This document shows, piece by piece, positions 1 to 12,916 of a DNA stretch of 64,000 nt; the first letter of the stretch is position 1; the number at the start of each line of letters is the position of its first letter. The translations under genes and the position numbers were made by a program. The stretch spans positions 24,428,001 to 24,492,000 of the forward strand of contig NC_042997.1 in NCBI RefSeq assembly GCF_006345805.1. Reading direction: 5' to 3'. The notes under the pieces were generated by a model that saw only the letters and a list, made by a program, of their open reading frames with translations, was not told where the DNA came from and searched no databases. Origin of the DNA: Octopus sinensis (taxonomy: Eukaryota).

Positions 1-559
1 TTTCAACTACAAGTTTTGCATCGGTTTGAGGTCGTTGTCGAAGAATCTTGGTTAAGAAAACATCAACCCGAAAACTCATATCTGCAAAATTGAATTTCAT
101 ACCCCTGCTGTCTTATGCTCAATACAATTTCCATCAAGGAGCTAATATTACGCTTTTCAAAACAATATTGCTATATCAAGTGCTACTGAAAGCGAGATTC
201 TCGTGGGGGTAAAGTAGAAAAGCAGGATATCCATCAATAAAGGCACACACATTATTAATTGCTGACTGTTTAATGACAATTATATTACTAACATGAGGTT
301 TGTGCATCGAAGATTGGTATTTTACGAAATGTCAAACTTTTGGGGCAAATAAGAAGTATATTTCTATAAAAATACACGGGAGATGAGTATTGCATTAACT
401 TAACGCCTAAAAGAAAGAAGAGGGTGATTCTTAACACCTCAGATAGTTCTTGTCCAGAAGAAAATTATTGGAGGAATGAGGAAGACGAAATGTTCAAAGA
501 ACAGCAAAAAGAGATATACGGGCAAATGGTTAGGATCCAGAAGGGAATGCGGTTCTATG

Positions 560-795
560 GTTGGAGCAAAGAAGGAAGGAGGAGCGGTTTGTATTTGTGC
601 ATCAACTATTTGATATAGACATGAAAGAAAGTGGTGTAGGTAAATTTTTGGGTATGTGCGGTTGTGTGCAGTGATGTTCAAGTTGGAGCAAAGAAGGAAG
701 GAGGAGCGGTTTGTATTTGTGCATCAACTATTTGATATAGACATGAAAGAAAGTGGTGTAGGTAAATTTTTGGGTATGTGCGGTTGTGTGCAGTG
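560..795. repeat. Exact 114-bp tandem duplication (period 122)
   Basis: 560-673 and 682-795 are identical (gttggagcaaag...gtgcagtg), separated by 8 nt (atgttcaa). Confidence 0.95.
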
Positions 796-1865
796 GTGTG
801 CAAGTACGGAAGCGGACGCGTCACTAGGTGAGTGGGTTTAAGGTTTCCTTGAATGAATGTGTGTGAGAGGTAGAGAGGTGAAAGTGGGCGCTTGTGTGAG
901 GTTAAATGAAAAGGAAAAATGCAGAGGGTATGATAGAATTGCATATACGTATATTGTTGTGAGACGTTGTTATATGGAACCTGGACATGATGAGGGAAAC
1001 CAAAGAGGAGAACAGCTGGAAGTTGAGCTTCATTCTATAATATTCCGCTCATATTTCTCATTTCTCTTTCTTACTGCATAGATAAATATTGGTTTCAATG
1101 CATATGAATATTATGCTATTTTATGTGCATACATAGCGGAGTATAAAGGAATGCATCTGTTCTACGTTGAATGTGTTATGTCTGTGTCTGCAGACGAGGA
1201 AATAAGTGTAGGGCATAAAGAAAGGATGGCGGGTTCATCTCTGATGCATTTCAAGCACAGATATATAAACATCGTGATTCAAATTTATAAACAGAAAAAG
1301 ATAATAAAAATAATATATTTTTACGAATATATGTGATGAAATGCACTCACACACGTGCACAAAAGTGCTTATCCTTTAATATAGATGTGCATGTCATTGC
1401 TTGCATGTAAGAATCTTTATCTACGATTGTCTGTCTGTCTGTCTCTTTTTATTTTTCTCTCTCCGTCACATCATAATATATGCATGTTTATATACACACA
1501 CCCTCACACGGGTATCTATGTATCTAGCTATATATATTTGTATATCTATCTATCTCTTTGTCTCTGTCTTTCTCTCTCTCTCTACGCATATCTATCTATT
1601 TATACATACAAACATACATACACACACAGAAGCATATAAACGTACACATATGTATGTGTTTGTGTCTATGTGTATGTGCGTGTGTGTGGTGTGTGTGTGT
1701 GTGTATGTATGAACGACTCCAGAAAGATAAACACGCAGTCGAAAGTGCGATCATGTGTAGATTTCAATTATCGAATGTAAGCATGCTGGTCGAAAACGAA
1801 CATTAACGCATATACATGCAGACAAAGGTGCATCAATTATCTATAACACGGATACACAAGAAACT

Positions 1866-1899
1866 AGTCATATATATATATATATGTATATATATATAT

Positions 1900-1978
<79 letters not shown>

Positions 1979-2056
1979 CACATATATACATGCATATACA
2001 TACATACATATATAATATACATACATACATACATATATATATATATACATACAAAC

Positions 2057-2093
<37 letters not shown>

Positions 2094-2102
2094 TTACATA
2101 TG

Positions 2103-2150
<48 letters not shown>
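1866..2150. repeat. Compound (TA)n/(CATA)n microsatellite
   Basis: Directly visible; the overlapping poly-YI ORFs are artefacts. Confidence 0.95.
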
Positions 2151-2290
2151 GCGTCATTTTTTGATATGCTCCCTCTAACAACCACTCACCTTTATTCACC
2201 CTTATTTCCCCACCTATCTCTTACTTCCACCCCTTTACACTCTCCCTTCTCCCACCTACCTCTCTCACATTTCAGAGAGACACACACACA

Positions 2291-2325
<35 letters not shown>

Positions 2326-2649
2326 ACGCCTCTTCCTTATTATTTTTCCCTCGCTGTCATCACTCCCTTATATACACCTTCTTCTCAATCCCCACCTCAC
2401 TCTCAGCCTACGTACATACACACACACAACACACACATATATATACACATATGCATACGTACTTACTCATATACTTATACACATATAAATACATATATAC
2501 ATAGATAGACACACATACAACACACACACACACATATATATATATTGAAATACATCTCAAAAATATTTACCTATATATATATATTTATTTATATACATAT
2601 ATCAATATATATATAGATATACGTATATGTATATATTGACATATGAATA

Positions 2650-2697
<48 letters not shown>

Positions 2698-3054
2698 TTT
2701 ATGTATCTACATGAACTCTAGTAATTAGGGATTTTCTCAAGCATTCTTGAAACAAATATCTATATAACATAGAAAGATAAGTATGTGCAACGTAAAAAAA
2801 TATATATAGCGCTACATCGTACACACCGTTCTCGAATATATGAAAAACATAACGTACATGTTGAAAACTGATGTAGAAAAATCAAGTCAATTAAAAGTAA
2901 ATACAGGGATAGGTATATACATATGTGTATATATGTATAAGATTCTGTCTGTCTGTGTGTATGGATAGATAATATATTTATGCATGTGTCTTGGTTTACA
3001 TACATGTACGTATATATATGTATACATCACTATCTCTCTACCTATGTATGTATG

Positions 3055-3062
3055 TATCTATC

Positions 3063-3146
<84 letters not shown>

Positions 3147-3156
3147 CATCTATCTC

Positions 3157-3192
<36 letters not shown>

Positions 3193-3206
3193 CATCTATC
3201 TATCTA

Positions 3207-3244
<38 letters not shown>

Positions 3245-3318
3245 CCTACCTACCTATCTATCTATATATCTCTCTATCTATCTATATCTATCTATCTATC
3301 TAACTATCTATCTATCTA

Positions 3319-3395
<77 letters not shown>

Positions 3396-3415
3396 GTAGA
3401 TAGATAGATAGATAG
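3055..3415. repeat. Compound (TCTA)n-(TA)n-(GATA)n microsatellite
   Basis: Directly visible; the repeat switches strand sense across the central TA tract. Confidence 0.95.
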
Positions 3416-3839
3416 ACACAAACACAGACACACATATATGCACATATATATATGTATAAATCTGTATATATTTATGTACGTATCTATGTGTCCAATATGT
3501 ACACAACTGTCGAAATGTCTGTACATATGCATATGTATATGTGTGTGTGTGTTAACACGTATGTGTATATGTATATATTCTCGACTTAATATCTACAGTA
3601 TTTCTGAAGATGGTTAGCCAAATATATAATAGGGTGTGGAAATATAATCCGGAATGAGTTGAAAAATGAAAGCTTGAAAGAAAAAATTAAGAAAAAATAT
3701 TACAATATGATTAACAACAAAGTCACCATGAATCACAACTATCATAGCAAAAAGAAAATATTTAAGTAAATACCAAATAAATCTAAATAAATAATACAAA
3801 CACGTACACAAACGCATATTGTATACGTATATATATATA

Positions 3840-3883
<44 letters not shown>

Positions 3884-3984
3884 TATGTACATATATGGGT
3901 GTATATGTCTCTAGGTATATATATATTTGTATACTATTTATATATATATATAATACATGCATACATACATATATACATACATAC

Positions 3985-4041
<57 letters not shown>

Positions 4042-4063
4042 ATATGTATATGTATATGTATAG

Positions 4064-4114
<51 letters not shown>

Positions 4115-4778
4115 GCATACGAACAAACAAGATATGCAAATATATATTATATAGAAAGCACAGTACTCGCAAGGAAAAGGATATTTGGAAGAAGAAATAT
4201 CACGTGATGTACGCACGAATATAGAGATTTTCGTGATCGACAATGTCTGTAAAATCGATTTTTGAATTCCCCATCTCTGCAAGACACGTCACGAGTGCCT
4301 TTGTTACTTTATTTTCAAAAATTCTTTAAAATATTTTTTCCTTATATTTTTCACCACAGGTTCCATACTTACCATATTGTTAGAGATAAAATACATAAAA
4401 AATATTTTAATACAAAAATAAACAAATGAAGCAAAAAATAAAAATTCAAATTATAACAAGAACAACCAACAAGAAAACGCAAGTCAAAAATGAGCTACGA
4501 ACGTCTGGTTTCATTTTTCTTTCGACGTTTTATTCAAGTTTATTTATCTATTAATGCAACTATTATCAGATAGACTACATGCATGAAAGTATTGTAATAT
4601 CATTTAAACATACGTTGGCGCATTAAAATATATGCGTATTTCGAGAAAGTCTAAATGTGCTGAAGACGTGATTCTTATCAATAAGCACACAGTTATATAC
4701 ACTTACACATGTATACGCGAACACATATTCATATATACATACACATATACAAAAACATATATGTATATGCATACATTA

Positions 4779-4866
<88 letters not shown>

Positions 4867-4892
4867 ATATTATATATTATATATATATATGC

Positions 4893-4926
<34 letters not shown>

Positions 4927-5641
4927 GTATATATGTGTGTGTGTGTGTGTATACATAAATGTATATCAGTTCGTATTTCGACGTATAGCCGAGTTTGAAT
5001 GCCGGGAGTGTGTATTTGCTCATGTGAACATTTGTAGGAAATGACAATAGTGTCTATGTAAGCAAATATGAATGTTCCCCTTTATTTATAGACACGAGTG
5101 TTTATATGAGCATGTATACAGCTTCCTCAATCTATTTATACCTACGTATGTACGCACACTCATATATCTATTTATACATGTATGTACACATATACGTATG
5201 TTTATGTATATATATATTCTACAGAAAAGAAAGGAATTCTCGAACGCACAATGGCATATTCTCGAACGCACAAACGCATATTACCCTTAGAAGACAGAAA
5301 AATTGGCTCCAGAGAATAAAACCCAGTACCTTTCAAATTTCAGCTGATCGCTCTATATCGTTATGTTAAGGGGCATTTGACAACAAATATTGTCTCTTTA
5401 TAACGCTATTATTATTTAACAGATTTTCTAAGGTCTTTTCATAGCCTTTCTGCTGTCGAAGATTCATTTATGTTGTGTAGAATACCAACTCACGAGACGC
5501 TTTTAAGTTTCTTTACATTATGTATATATATATATATATATATAATGGGAAGCTTTATGAAAATAATCAAAGGACGAAGGCAGGTGGAGTACAAACAAAC
5601 AATTGTATTAGTATGGCGCTCAGGAATATAAATAAAACAAG

Positions 5642-5679
5642 TCTTTTACGTTTCGAGCCTACGCTCTTCAACAGAGAGA
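5642..5679 (-). ncRNA. Degenerate minimal hammerhead-like motif (Penelope-like repeat remnant)
   Basis: Minus strand TCTCT-CTGTTGA-A-GAGC-gtag-GCTC-GAAAC-GTA-AAAGA: stems I and II form, core has A6->U. A related copy lies at 55396-55433. Confidence 0.45.
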
Positions 5680-5850
5680 TACACAGAAAAGAAACACGGA
5701 GAGAAACAAGGAAAGAAAAAAAAATGCGTGCAGAAGCTAGCGATTCAACATGTACACATATATATATATGTACATTAAGGCGGGCCTCCAGCATGTCCGC
5801 AGTCAAAATACTGAAACAAGTAAAAGAATATACATACATACACACACACA

Positions 5851-5929
<79 letters not shown>

Positions 5930-7159
5930 TACATACATATATATATATATACGTATATCTGTGTGTATATAAATATTCATACTCACACATGCGCATACAG
6001 ATGTAAAAGCATATGCTATGCTGATTTGGGATAACAAATTCATTATTCAAAATATCAGAATAACATGAGGATGATCGCTAAAGTACAGTGGTAAAGATAG
6101 AAAATATAGAGATGAGTTCCTTCTACATGGAATAACTCCTAATAAAGACTTGGAAGTCAAGAATTTTTGGAGTAGAAATTAACAAATTATCCATTGTATG
6201 TTTCTTTCTTTACTGTTTCTTTACTGTGTGTGTGTGTGTGTGTGTGTAAGCAGTCGATATTTATTCGAAGATTTCCGGCCAGGTGACGAGAAGTGTATTA
6301 TCTCCGATGAAAGTGTATGATACAGCAACATATCTGTAAGAATTACCCCAATTAATTTTTTTCCGTAGAGGCCATCAAGGTTTATTTTCACATCACTGCA
6401 GGCTTTCAAAATATATAACGGTAAAGTTGTATATGCTATACAAGCTTCTTTCAATTACTGTAAATTGCGTTGTGTTATATGTAAATATACGTGATAAATA
6501 TACTATATGACCAACTAACGTATGGCATGCAAATGAATCCGCCTATTAATATCATACTGTAATAAGCCACAGCTACATAGAGTGAATGAAACTGAAAGTT
6601 ATGCAGATAATTGAGGAGGAGAGGCATATCTCTGAAAAGAGGTAATTATTGCGAATCAGCCCCGTCAAGACATTCCCACTTATTTCTGTTGTATTGTGTT
6701 AAAACAGGTTGCTTTTACTGCATTTCCGTTTCCACAGACATTCAAATATGTAAATACTATTCATATTGTACATGTAATTGTTTACTTGTTTGTAGATAAA
6801 CCGAGATTAGTGAATGGAGTTTTCCATGGATTTCGCTGTTAATTTGATTTCTAGATTGAATTCGACAATGGTGAGGACGTTTTTATTTCTTCTGAATAGT
6901 GGCAGATGTTGCAACTGATGCTCAATGAACCGTAAATTTCTATACTATACGCAAGAGTCCGAATCCGTTAATTGGATTGATTTTGATAATTATAGTATGT
7001 TGTTTGGTTTGAAATGAGCAAATATGTTCCCGATTACCAGTACATTTGCCAGTACATACTTGTTTCCATTTATATATTAGGATATCATCAATGACTGTCT
7101 CCACATCTTGAATATCCAGTGTCATATTGTATACATAGTAATTATTATTAAAGTATTCG

Positions 7160-7365
7160 AAGGCAGTGAATCATTAGCACGCAGGGCAAAATACTTAGCA
7201 GCATTTCGCCCGTCCTTACGTTCTATGTTCAAATTCCGCCGAGGTCGAGTTTCCCTTTCATCCTTTCGGGGTCGATAAAGGAAGTACCAGTGAAACACCG
7301 GGATCGATATAAATGACTCATCCCTTCCCGCAAAATTTAAGGACTTGTGCTTATATTAGAAAGGA
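7160..7365 (+). mobile_element. Degenerate tRNA-derived SINE, family C (CORE-like body)
   Basis: Shares gttcaaattccgccgaggtcga...cctttcatcctttcggggtcgataa...gtaccag with the intact copies at 31202 and 51131. Confidence 0.8.
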
Positions 7366-7474
7366 TCATCAAAGTATTCAGAAATTTGGATAAACCGATT
7401 TGCGCAAAACAACGCATCGAGCATACGTGTCAAAACGGAAAAGGTAACCTGTAATTTTTTTGCCCAAGAAAATA

Positions 7475-8336
7475 CTTGATGCATTCTAGGAGTTTTGAGA
7501 CATTTTCAGTAGGAACAATTACACAATGTTCTAGATCATTGTAATTTCAATTTTATCATTATTATACATGTAATGAGCTGACCCTCCAAATTTTGCTATT
7601 CCACATTGAAGGAGACAGCTGTAATAGCATTTTGAGCGTATCCTACTAAACACTGCTTGTCAAAACTAACTAGTTCGCAGAATTCAGTCAGGACATGAAG
7701 AGGATTTGGAAGCTCGCTAACCAAAAAGATTTGGTGCTAGACTGAGCAAAAACGCCACAGAAACATGAATTACTTCAGACGGCTTATGGAGTAACTTTTA
7801 TGAGCTGAGCATCTGTTGTACGCTTGCACAAGTGGTTAGGTAAAGTAAGTCTAAGTCCACGGGGAAGCCCATGTTGATCCCCTTTTTCGACAGCAAAGGC
7901 CTCATCTACATTCAATAGATTTCCTCTGGCTAAACGGTCAACAAAGAGTACTTTGTGGCAGTTTTGTGTAACAGATTTCGTCTCAAAAGGCCGGAGAACC
8001 CGCACAAAAACAGTGAACCAGTCCATAGTCCTATCATAGCAACAAGCTACTTCAGAGACGGGCTTCAAAAATCTCTCACTCTTCCTGCAGTTCAGAACTT
8101 GCCCCCTGTTACTGTAGGCTTGTTCCCCAAGCTGAAGGATAGGATAAAGAGGGCTGGGACAAGGGTCTCGGAGACCTTCACTCCAGAAAACCTCCACTGA
8201 GCTTTCATAAAGAGGCTGGAGCTCACTAAGAAGCTCATTGAAATCAGAGGATCCTTCTTTGACGGATAGTTGTACGGGTTTTTAAATTAATGTCACTCCT
8301 AAAAAAAAAGTCTTAAAACTTCTAGTGTGCCTCATG
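7475..8336 (+). mobile_element. Internally deleted mariner transposon
   Basis: About 29-bp imperfect TIRs (22/29 matches) with TA on the left. Broken frames give KNATET.ELLQTAYG (N-terminal HTH) and LFPKLK...AFIKRLELTKKLIEIRGSFFDG* (mariner C-terminus). Confidence 0.8.
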
Positions 8337-9069
8337 GGTTTCATAAAATTTAGCACGTTACATCTGTTTTGATTTTACATACGTTCTGTTTTGTTATATA
8401 AATTTTTTTATATTTTCCTACCTGGTTTATAGCAGTCTTTGATTTCGTACTTAAAAGCTCTCTTCTGACATAATTCACCCAGCTTATTCAGGATTGCATC
8501 GAACATTGTCTCTATGTTCCCTTCTTTAAAACGCTAGAGTGTAAGGTTAGACTGCTATTTCGAATCTAGAAGGTCAATTTACATTGTCTTTTATTTAACT
8601 TGACATATGTGAAGTACATTTATATATTGGCAGTTATCTTCTGAGGAGTCTTTAAGTTATTCAGATATAATTATAATTTCTACTATGTCCATTACTATTG
8701 CAGGTAACGAGAGTTTGATCAGGCTTGTTGGTGTTGCGTATAACCAGTAAGTGAATTTGAAGAGGGAAGATCATTGAAATCCAATTTTCGTATAGGAATT
8801 AAGGCTGTTTGCTTGTTTGTGCTAGCAGCTTTGGAACGAATTACTTCTGTTAATCCATTGAAATTTCCATTTTACTGATAGATATCCTTGTAATTTGTGG
8901 TGAGTTAATGGCGGGCATGCTTGGCGATTACTTACGAATAGTGAGCACCGAGAAGGACTGTTTTATGCTGCCGATTCTAGAGACTATGCGCGCTTGAGAT
9001 TATTCTCAGATTTTCTAAACATACCTGAACAAGCAAGTGTTACTGGGTAGTAGTGCCTATTCAGTATAT

Positions 9070-9425
9070 ACAGGAGTGGCTGTGTGGTAAGTAGCTTGCT
9101 TACGAACCACATGGTTCCGGGTTCAGTCCCACTGCGTAGTACATTGGGCAAGTGTCTTCTACTATAGCCTCGGGCCGAGCAAAGAAGCCCGTCGTATATA
9201 TGTATATATGTGTGCGTGTATGTATGTGTATTTTTTGTGTGTCTGTGTTTGTCCCCCCAACATCGTTTGACAACCGAATCTGGTGTGTTTACGTACCTGT
9301 AACTTAGTGGTTCGGCAACAGTATCGATAGAATAAGTACTAGGCTTACAAAGAATAAGTCGCGGGGTCGATTTGCTCGACTAAAGGCGGTGCTCCAGCTT
9401 GATCACAGTCAAATGACTGAAGCAG
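9070..9425 (+). mobile_element. Bipartite SINE, family B (internal microsatellite), with small deletion
   Basis: Head caggagtggctgtgtggtaag...ccgggttcagtccc; central TA/TG tract; 3' half gtttgtcccc...ggcggtgctccagc...aaatgactga. Confidence 0.85.
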
Positions 9426-9791
9426 GTAGTTGTTCGTGATAGATCTATCTGAAACCGAACCAGGCAGACATAAACGAGGCGTGACGGAATTGTACCGTGC
9501 GGAACCGACTTCTGTTTGTTCATTGTTATTTTCCTAGCCTTTGTTACTGAATGCTTTGATCAGTATGATCTGTATAGAAAGGGAAGTGCAACGGTAGAAA
9601 AAGTGTAATGTATCTCTGAATTCTGAGTTTGAAGTTGGCCATGGTCAACTTAACTCCTCAGGCCCTTATAGATTATACTAGTCTAGTACGAAAGTTTGAA
9701 TTTATAGCTATTACCACCTTCAATATTAATATATCAATATCAATTTCGTTTTGTCAATCCAAACTTAATATTCTGAGTTTAAATGACGCCC

Positions 9792-9933
9792 GAATCTACT
9801 TTGCCTTTTGTGATTTCGATTCGATAAAATAAGTATCAGGAATCTACTTTGCCTTTTGTGATTTCGATTCGATAAAATAAGTATCAGGAATCTACTTTGC
9901 CTTTTGTGATTTCGATTCGATAAAATAAGTATC
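9792..9933 (+). repeat. 3 x 48-bp tandem repeat derived from the SINE family C body
   Basis: Units start at 9792, 9840 and 9888 (gaatctactttgccttttgtgatttcgattcgataaaataagtatcag) and resemble gtcgactttgcctttcatcctttcggggtcgataaattaagtaccag. Confidence 0.85.
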
Positions 9934-10109
9934 GGTCTACACTCTTGCCCACAATTGCTTCGTGTCAAAATTTGAAACCATCATTATTATTATTGATGAT
10001 TTAACTCAGTTTTGTTCTTATTTGTGATAGAATTTACGTGAGTAGCAAGTTACTACATGTAACCTTAATTATCCACAAGTTTTCAATAATCTTTCAAATG
10101 CTTAAAACC

Positions 10110-11428
10110 CACCCGATAATTTTTCCTGCCCCGAGAAGCAAACTCTCTGTAGAAGCTCTACAGGACATCTTATGCCAATCAACTTCAACCATTCGTGTAA
10201 ATCTTTATTTACAGTTCCCAAGTCGTCGTCGTTGTTGTTGTTGCCACTGTAATCAAATAGGGATGAGTTGTAGCTCCTTTACTTTTTACCGTATTCTTTT
10301 CAATGACGCTCCAAAATGCTTTCACGGATTACTACGAAGGTATAAAATTCTAGTTTCGCACAGAAGGAGAAAGTAAAGTTTCAGATCAAAGAAAAAGACC
10401 AAGGAAGAGACTTTCTTTTTGTTGACAATTTTACTTAGGTTTCTCACACACATTTAAGGGAATACAGGAAGCGGTCGACAGGCCTACTGTGGAAACTCGT
10501 GCATTTGGCCTGGCTAGCAGCATCAAGAAAACTGAAGTTTTATTCCAACCAAGGTCTAGAGCAGGACATACTCACGACTCAAATTGGATGATAGACAACA
10601 AGCCACTCAAATGCGTCAGGTCATTTAAATATCTTGGAAGTACAGCAAATTTTAAGAGTACTCTTGATGACAAAATCAATGTTAGACAACTAAGGCTACA
10701 GGTACTTTTGTCCATCGTTTATAGGCAGAACACGATGTCTGTCTGAAAACTAAGTTTATTCAAATTTTTGTATTTTAAGCATTCTTTTGTATTGGGCAGA
10801 AGAGTGGAATCCTTCCTCAAGTGCTGTTTGCACCTCATATGCAACATAAAATAGCAAGATAAGATATCTAATGACAACAAGAAAATGTGATATCTCCAGG
10901 ATCCAAATCATGCTGATGAGAATTCAGTGTAGATGGTTAGGATATGTTGTTCTAATGAAAACTGATCGCATTCCCAAAATTCTTCTGTATGGCCAGTAAG
11001 TAGAGTGATATCGCGTCAAAGGAAGACCTCTCCTTAGGTATAAAGATAAGCTGAAGCAATTACTAAAATCTCTATAGCTTAAGCTGGCATCTTGGTAAAG
11101 TCATTGCCTAGATCGATCCGCATGCGGAAAATGTGTCACGATGCATCCAAACAATTTGAGTAGAAAAAAAGAACAATAGAAGAACTATAACCTGCAGCCA
11201 ACAGACACACTTTCCTAATCCTAGGCAAAATCAAAATCCTCAATGTCCCCATTGCGACTTCACAGCAAAACCCATACCTGGACTGAAGTTACATTCATGC
11301 ATCCACTGAAAATAGATTGCAGCTTCTTTGTGTTTTTCTTTCGATTACTCTCTTTAACTTTAAGTCTTCTCCTTCAAACACTCATTCGTCGAAACTGACG
11401 GTAGCGACCGCCATTAGTATTATTATTA
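10110..11428 (+). mobile_element. 5'-truncated, decayed RTE-clade LINE (RT domain to 3' end)
   Basis: RDFLFVDN (FADD equivalent), FGLASSIKKTEVLFQP, FKYLGS, IPKILLYG, GRPLLRYKDKLKQ in broken frames; 3' stem-loop tcgtcg..tgacgg followed by a (tat)n tail. Confidence 0.85.
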
Positions 11429-12214
11429 TAGCTATCACGTAAAATTTTCGTTTGCTGGAATGTTAGTGTCCTCACATTCCAGTCAGCTAAATCGTTAGAG
11501 TAGGGTCAAATTGCTTTACCATATTTCTTCAGACTCTATACGTTCTTACTTTGTAATTCCGAGGTCGACAAAATATGAGATTGTAAAGTGTCCAATATAG
11601 GAGTGAATTTAATAGGCTAATCGCGCTATTTATCTCTTTTCTCGTCATAGTTTTTCTACAATCCAGGAGTTTTCTCCGAAATCACAATTCACTTAACATA
11701 TGGCATAATTATTTAAAATGTAACCTACTGAAGTTCACAAAATAAACACACACACGCACAATCTTAAATGAAATTCTCCTCTTCTATGATTATAGACAGG
11801 TAATAGTATTCAGCATTAATTCGTAGCGACGCTCTCAGATGAGGAAGATAATTTCAAGAAATAAAGAATTAATTTGGAATACATAATAAGCATGTTATGA
11901 AACTTATACTAGATTTCTTCTTAAAACATGAATAGTAGCTACGTATATTTTTTAGGTCTTATTAAATTTTCTCAATAAAGAATACTGAAATTCGGGTATG
12001 CTTCATGAGCCGTGAAGATTTTTATATGTATAAAAGAGCTGGAAAGTTATTTTATCCCGGGATAGGTTGCTGAATTCAAAAATAAATTGAGTTAAAAGAA
12101 ATCCTACAAGTAGCCTAACAACATGCAATGTTAAATTTTTTTCATAGTAATCTATGTTAGGGTAAAAAAAATATTTTCCAGATTGTCCAGGCAAGGTTGT
12201 TTATGGAAGACCAG

Positions 12215-12453
12215 CAATTGCCCATAAATATCAGTTTCCTCTCTCAACGCCACTGATGCGGGGAAGGCAAAGGCCGATACAGCTTGGTACCAGTAAAGTG
12301 AGTCGCGACCCATTTCTACAGCTAAATGAATTGGAACAACATAAAATAATGTGTGTTGCTCAAAAGCACAACATGTAGCCCGATCTGGGAATCGAACTCA
12401 CTACTTCACGACTGTGAATCCGACGATCTATCCGCTGAATCATGATCCTTCAC
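12215..12453 (-). mobile_element. Degenerate tRNA-derived SINE, family G
   Basis: Minus-strand tRNA-like head with a B box (agttcgattccc) and body ttgagcaa.acac..atttta..ttgttcca.ttcatttagctgtagaaatg. Confidence 0.65.
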
Positions 12454-12600
12454 TTGTCTGTATTAAATATTTATAATACTATAACTTGCAGTGGGATCCC
12501 TGTTGACTGACATGTCACTAATGTATTATCCTAGCTACCTAGCTTAACTTTTCTTACTTAAACGATCAGAGGTTGTATTATCGGTTAGGTATAGTGTTAA

Positions 12601-12916
12601 GTGGGAGGCGCAATGGCCCAGTGTTAGGGCATCGCACTCGCGGTCGGAGGATCGCAGTTTCGATTCCAAGACCGGGCGTTGTGTGTATTTATTGAGCGAA
12701 AACACCTAAAAACTCCACGAGGCTCCTGCAGGGTGGGTGGGGCGACCCGTGTTTACCCTTTCGCCCCAACTTTCTCTCACTCTCTCTCTTCTTGTTTCTT
12801 GAGTAACGCTGCGATGGACTGGCGTCCCGTCCAGCTGGGGGGAACACATAAAGCCACAGAAACCGGGAAACAGGGCCCATGAGCCTGGTTAGGCTTGAAA
12901 AGGGCGCATAAAAATA
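12601..12916 (+). mobile_element. tRNA-derived SINE with family A head and alternative tail (variant E)
   Basis: Head ggaggcgcaatggcccagtg..ttcgattcc; tail gctgcgatggactggcgtcccgtccag...agaaaccggg; possible TSD atagtgt. Confidence 0.85.

Noticed and set aside
1-330. Possible Helitron helicase remnant (GANITLFK, ESEILVGVK)
   Set aside because: The similarity is too weak and spread over frames; no diagnostic motif.
6375-8899. Chain of possible + strand micro-exons (about 6375-6426, 6856-6871, 8704-8746, 8882-8899); the last three join in frame as IEFDNGNESLIRLVGVAYNQYPCNL
   Set aside because: Splice-like motifs are frequent in AT-rich DNA, the peptide is not recognised, and it conflicts in strand with the 8422-8533 candidate; RNA-seq is needed.
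9792-9933. CRISPR-like array
   Set aside because: The repeats are contiguous with no spacers, the context is eukaryotic and there are no cas genes.
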